From Rozella allomycis CSF55 (Eukaryota), in contig KE561207.1 in the NCBI GenBank assembly GCA_000442015.1, positions 1 to 49,023 on the forward strand: a stretch of DNA of 49,023 bases. Direction: 5' to 3'. The position numbers were made by a program, and so were the translations under genes. This document shows positions 43,960 through 49,023 of the stretch, piece by piece (position 1 is the first letter of the stretch; every line of letters starts with the position of its first letter). The notes beneath the pieces were generated by a model. That model was not told where the DNA came from. It saw nothing but the letters and a program-made list of their open reading frames with translations, and did no database searches.

Positions 43960-44061
43960 TTAAGAAAATTCAACTCTTTTTGATTATTTAACTTTTGCCA
44001 TAACTAATTTATTTTGGATCTTTTTACCTGGAGTTCCCCGAGTACTTAACGAAGCCACAGA

Positions 44062-45341
44062 ATGTTTTCATTTTCGGACATATTTTCACCTAATTTAGAA
44101 ATATTTGAATTTTCAGATACGGGAAGAGGCCTAAGAGCTAAAAACGATATCGCGGAGAATGAAATATTGTTTTCCATATCATTAGATAATGTTTTGTCAA
44201 GGAAGACTGTTTTGCATTCCCTTGATTTGAAAGCAAAAGAATATGTACAAAATTTGAAGACTGAAGACCTACTTTCTAGTTATATATGTATTGAAAGAAA
44301 CAAATCTGAGTCATTTTGGAAGCCATACTTTGATACTTTACCTAGTTGTAGTGATCTGGCACAAATATACCTGGCTGATTTCAAAGACATTTTGCCTGAG
44401 TATGTCAAGAGTAAATAGGCTGTTCAAATGATAAAGATAAAATAGTGGCAAAGAATGAAACATTCAGGGCTTCATTCGAAACTCTAAAGAAAATTAATCC
44501 CAATGTAGATTATAAACAATTTTTGGAGGCGTCATTGCTTGGTACGCAAAAAATTCTACTAAATATTAGTAAATACTCGGTGTGTTTACACAGACAAAGA
44601 CGCACTTTCAAAAAATGATTCCATATCAATGATTCCATTTTTCGATATGTTCAACCACAGTCCAAATGTTTCAGTTGATACAAAAGTTGAAAATAATACA
44701 TTTCAGATCATTACAAAAACGCCCTATAAATCTGGTGAGCAAGTAATTGAAAATGTACTTTTTGACAGGTGTTCATCAATTATGGATCACACGACAATTG
44801 GACTTTGTTATTAGAATATGGATTCACTATTTCTTCAAATCCCATGCATCAAGTCAGGCTTGATGATATATTACTGCAATATCTAAAATCAAACAAAGAA
44901 ACTTTTCAATTCATAGAAAAGATAGGCTTGTTAAATGAATATTTTGTATCGAAAAATGAAATTGGCTGGCGTTTACAGACAGTGGTGCTTTTGACGCAAT
45001 ACACTCATGAGAACATCGATCTGGCGGCCACATTGCCCATAGTTATGAACAACAGGAAGACTTTTGAAGAAAGCTTTGGAAAAAGAGTCTTTAAGGGTTC
45101 GAAGAACAATGGTAGTTATATAGAGGCAATGAAGATATCAGAAAGAGTAAAAGTGGTCATCAAGAAGGCAGTTGAGATCAAATTGGCACAATTGAAAGAG
45201 AAGCTAAATTCAATCGAAAGTATAGAACTTAAAAATTTAGACATCAAATACATCGAAATGGTTAAAAATGTATACAAGGAGGAATGCTCAATCCTTTCTT
45301 CAATTTTGAATGTTAGAGATCTTGAAGATATTTATACCTAG
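44062..45341 (+). CDS. SET-domain lysine methyltransferase, SETD4/Rkm2/LSMT-like
   Basis: TGRGLRA, SFWKPYFDTLP, VNTRCV, MIPFFDMFNHSP, GEQVFINYGSHDNWTLLLEYGF; 3 short introns. Confidence 0.9.
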
Positions 45342-45455
45342 AATATTAAAAGATATTCCAAAATAAATAAAGTAAAGTAAATAGCTCAAATTTTTGAAAC
45401 GGAATAAATTGAAGTATTATTTGAGACAAAATGATTTATTGGCAACAATTGTAGA

Positions 45456-48400
45456 TTATTTGATTTTATCGCCCACACTTGAAGTCCTGTTGATCAATCC
45501 GGCCGCACTGTAAGCCATGTTTCTCTGAGTAAACATTCTGAATATTTCCTTCTTTCTGTTTCTTTGTCGTCTTCTCACAATAATTGCAATCGCTCCAACT
45601 ACGCAAACAGTTGCAATGGCGCCACCAACGGAAGAACTAATTTGCACAATTGTAGACAGGTCTCCATTATTTTGAGTCTGGGCAGCCGCATTATCACTAT
45701 GTTGATATAAGTAAAATCCTACGCTTGGGATGAAGTCGCTAAAAGTATTAAAGACGATACCCCGTTCAACCTTTGGGTGGACGTAGGCGTCAAAGGTAAT
45801 GAGGTTTGTGTCAATGAAACTGTTAACGATAGCCGTGCTGTAGATGTGGTTTGAATGTATGTAGGCGCCACGTTTGCTATTATAGTCTAGGTCACATTTT
45901 AAAAGTTCTGTTACTGAATGTGATATGCCATTTGTTTGGGCTGATGAGGCAGATTGAATTAAGACATTAAACGAAGACGTGGATGAAGAAGTAAAAGTTG
46001 AAATAGAAAATGTTGAACTACTTAAATGAGAAGTGGTAACAGATGAAGCTGCCAATGAATCTGAATCTGAAGTACTTGTAGACGAAACCAATATGAAAGT
46101 AGATGTTGGAGACTGCATTGATGATGACGAGAAAGTTATGCCTGTAGATAAGATTGCAGTGGATGATTTTGAATCTGTTGTGGACATTGTGGAGCTTATG
46201 CTTGATACAACGTTTGCAGTTGACTTAGAAAAAGGTGTGATAGATGTTTCGCTATACCTTGTTTCTTGTGTTGAAGAATCCACCAAACTCCCGGCAATGT
46301 AATATGATGAAGGGATTGTGTTAGAGGTTGATGTTGTTAAATCTCCTGTCACGCTACTACTTAATATTGTATTTGTATTCATAGCAAACAAAGTTGTTGT
46401 AGAATCTGGAGCTGTACTAGATGCAACAGATGATGTCACTAAAACATCCGTTGTTGTTTCCAATGATGTTGTTTTATCCGATGTAAGAAAAATCATGAAT
46501 GTAGAAGAAGATGTGGTCGGGTCTAAAGTGATAGAAGCGATTGTCGTAAATGAAGATATTACTGTCCCCTGCGTTGTGGTATCAGAGTCGGGCTGTGAAT
46601 CAGATGATATTGTTGAAGCTGAAATTGATATTGAAATATCGGAAGTTGTTTCAGGAGATACTGCTGTATTTGATGATGACATGGTCGTTACTTCCGCTGT
46701 TGTTTCCGCTGATAGAGTGGCGTCAAGAGTGGTTGAACTATCCCGTGAGGATGTGTAATATGAAGAAAGAATTGATGTATCCAATGATGATGTGAAATAT
46801 ATTGATATTGAAGCGTCTAATGGTTTTGTATCCCACGATGTTGATGTGGTATTCGAGTCTGACGTTGATGCTGTAGTAGCGGAAATTGTTTCGCTCTCTA
46901 ATGTTGTTGTTGGAAGCAAAGATAAAGTAGTTGCATCTAAAGTGGTTGTATACAATGACAGTGAGGTAGAAGATGTTGTTGCAACAATCGTAGCTGTATC
47001 AAAAGAAGCCGTATCCAATGTAGTGGTATGTGACAATGTAGTCGAGCTTTGAAATATGGTTTCAGAAACACTTGTTGTGTCCGATGATACGGTTGAATAT
47101 GAGGAGGAAGCTGCTGTATCAGTAGATGTTGATATTGTTGTAGTACTGGTCGACAAAGTTTCGGAATCAGATGAGCTTGTAGAACTTGAATAGGTTGTTG
47201 TTAATGTATCAGAAAATGTTGTTGTGATATCCGTGCTTGTAGAACCAGTCGATGTCGTTGTGGTGATGTCTGAAGTTGTTGTCGTCACTATCGTGCTGGT
47301 AGGCGTTGTATTTGTTGTACTATCAATGCTTGTACTAGAAGTTGTATATATCGTTGTAGTGGTTATTACAGGAGGTGTTGTTGTCGGTATTGTTGACGTA
47401 GAAAGTGTAGTCGTTGTAGTAGTGGTAGTAGTAGTTGTTCTAGTTAAAGGAGACCAAGTCTTGTAAGCGCCATTTGTATTGTAGACACAGAATGCTTCAC
47501 CGGAAACCAGAATACATGAAGTTCCGTTTGTACAAGTCATATTATCACAAGCGGAAGAATATGGAGTAAAGGTGATATTCATAGAAATAACAGAGTTATC
47601 CGCATTCTTCAAACAAATACCGTAATAATTTCCATCACCGCAATACCCATCACAATATCCATTAAAGCAAGAACATGCAGTCCCGGGTGACGCAAATCTA
47701 GGTGCACAGTAAGTATCTGAAACACCGTTACATATATCATATTGCAATCTGCAACCTTTTGATGACGAAAATATCCAATCAGAAACTTGATTACATCTCA
47801 TTCCATTAAGTTTTATGTTACCAAAAGGATCACAACATTTCAATTGAGTATTACACAAATTTGTTCTTGTGTCAACTACGCAAGCCCCATTTATACACAC
47901 TTTGGCAGGGTTATTTTCATCACAAGGAGTTCCGTTTCGTCTTGTAAGTAGCGAGTTTAAATTATTTGGATTTGGAAAAGTTGTTTCATTCCAACTTCCC
48001 ATTGATACTTTAGTGCAATGAAGCGTACATCCAACATTATTAATGTCCCATGGGACAAAATCGGTCCAAGAATCATTCACCAAGGCGGGAAGAACACCGA
48101 GATATTCCATTGTCTATTATTATTAAGCGCTTTAATAATATTACTTTGCATTGATCTTCAGGATGAGGATACCAATAAGTAGTGTAATTTGACCAAAATG
48201 TGAACGATGGTACCGAATTTCTCGTCACAAAACAAGTTCCAGTAGTACCCACTGATGACTGTATATTTCGAATTGAACACGGTGAATACTTTTGCCCGTT
48301 AATTGTGTTTATCGCAATACTGTAGCCGGTCGCTGCCATAATATACTGGATACCATTAGGATTACATTCTTGATTGTTAGGATCATGACCTGTGCCAAAC

Positions 48401-49023
48401 AAGTGCCCAAGAGACTATTAATTATTATGGTTATTTTTACATGCATTAAATTGGATAAAGCGACAGATCTGGACATTAGCAAGTTATTTGAAGTGCTAAA
48501 ACTGGTAAGACTAAAGTAGTTAGCTGTGTTACAAGGCGAAGACTATATTGCAAGCAAATTGCTTTTACGCCATACCAACTCAAGTATCCACCAAGGTAAT
48601 TGTGAGTTAGCCCAACTACTGTGCAAAAATTGTTCTTGTCAAATCCAGGAAACAAATTATTTGTTATTGAATTTCGATATGCACCAGAAAGTACATTTAC
48701 ATCTGTTGTCGTTGAACCGAACAACGTAGTATTTACGTTTGGAGAAATGAAATAATATGTCAGAGGCATGCCTATATTTAAGTCACGCATAAAAATCGTA
48801 TAAACATCATTCATTATTGAAAGAAGAACATCATCAGATCTATTTCCCCATCTTGATTTGAAAGTATAGTCTGCAATCGCTGCAACTGGACAGTCCTTTC
48901 CAACAGCAACAACTCTAGGATCAATTGTTATAGATCTCCGAGAGAATGATTTGCTGCTTTGGTCTTCATTTTTATATGCGACTATATCTTGAACACCATT
49001 TTTGACTATAGTTTCAATCTGAA
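45456..49023 (-). CDS. Type I membrane ADAM/ADAMTS-like protein: M12B-like domain, Cys-rich/disintegrin-like region, long Ser/Thr mucin stalk, TM helix (5' end outside window)
   Basis: Spliced HSLGHLFGTGHD, Met-turn YIMA, YSPCS, EDQC, NGTPC..KVCINGACV, CCDP..DICNG; ~500 aa S/T-rich; TM GGAIATVCVVGAIAIIV then RRRQR. Confidence 0.85.

Noticed and set aside
46033..47466. Val/Asp-rich plus-strand ORFs
   Set aside because: Antisense shadows of the Ser/Thr mucin region.

Overview
This window is a gene-dense, AT-rich eukaryotic nuclear scaffold. About 30 protein-coding genes and one tRNA-Glu(CTC) are packed with intergenic gaps as short as 16 nt, and most genes are split by tiny introns, nearly all 26-31 nt. 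The gene set mixes fungal markers (Mdm34, Gin4/Hsl1-type kinase, Pcl-type cyclin, CRT10-like WD40, group X hybrid histidine kinase) with genes lost in yeasts (E2F, CYFIP/Sra1, NPAT-like LisH, Caprin-like, Nicolin-like). This points to an early-diverging zoosporic fungus or fungal relative such as Rozella (inference, not verified). The strongest unexplained signal is in the splicing. (1) The histidine kinase gene has a 145-nt intervening sequence made of five back-to-back 28-30 nt GT..AG units with zero-length exons, plus a second two-unit stack, suggesting recursive splicing of tandemly duplicated mini-introns. (2) Two introns in the highly conserved trehalose synthase gene restore the conserved protein only if they end in TG rather than AG. 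(3) Several acceptors are GAG/AAG chosen over nearer AGs, suggesting length-defined 3' splice-site choice. Other highlights are a signal-peptide + CaaX orphan (candidate host-prenylated effector), an ADAM-like mucin receptor with the catalytic Glu replaced by Ser, an intronless RI-type LRR gene (HGT candidate) and a fused TPS-TPP with both motif sets intact. Short duplications joined by a single N look like uncollapsed alleles rather than real repeats. All gene models were assembled by eye, and family assignments come from remembered motifs, not database searches.
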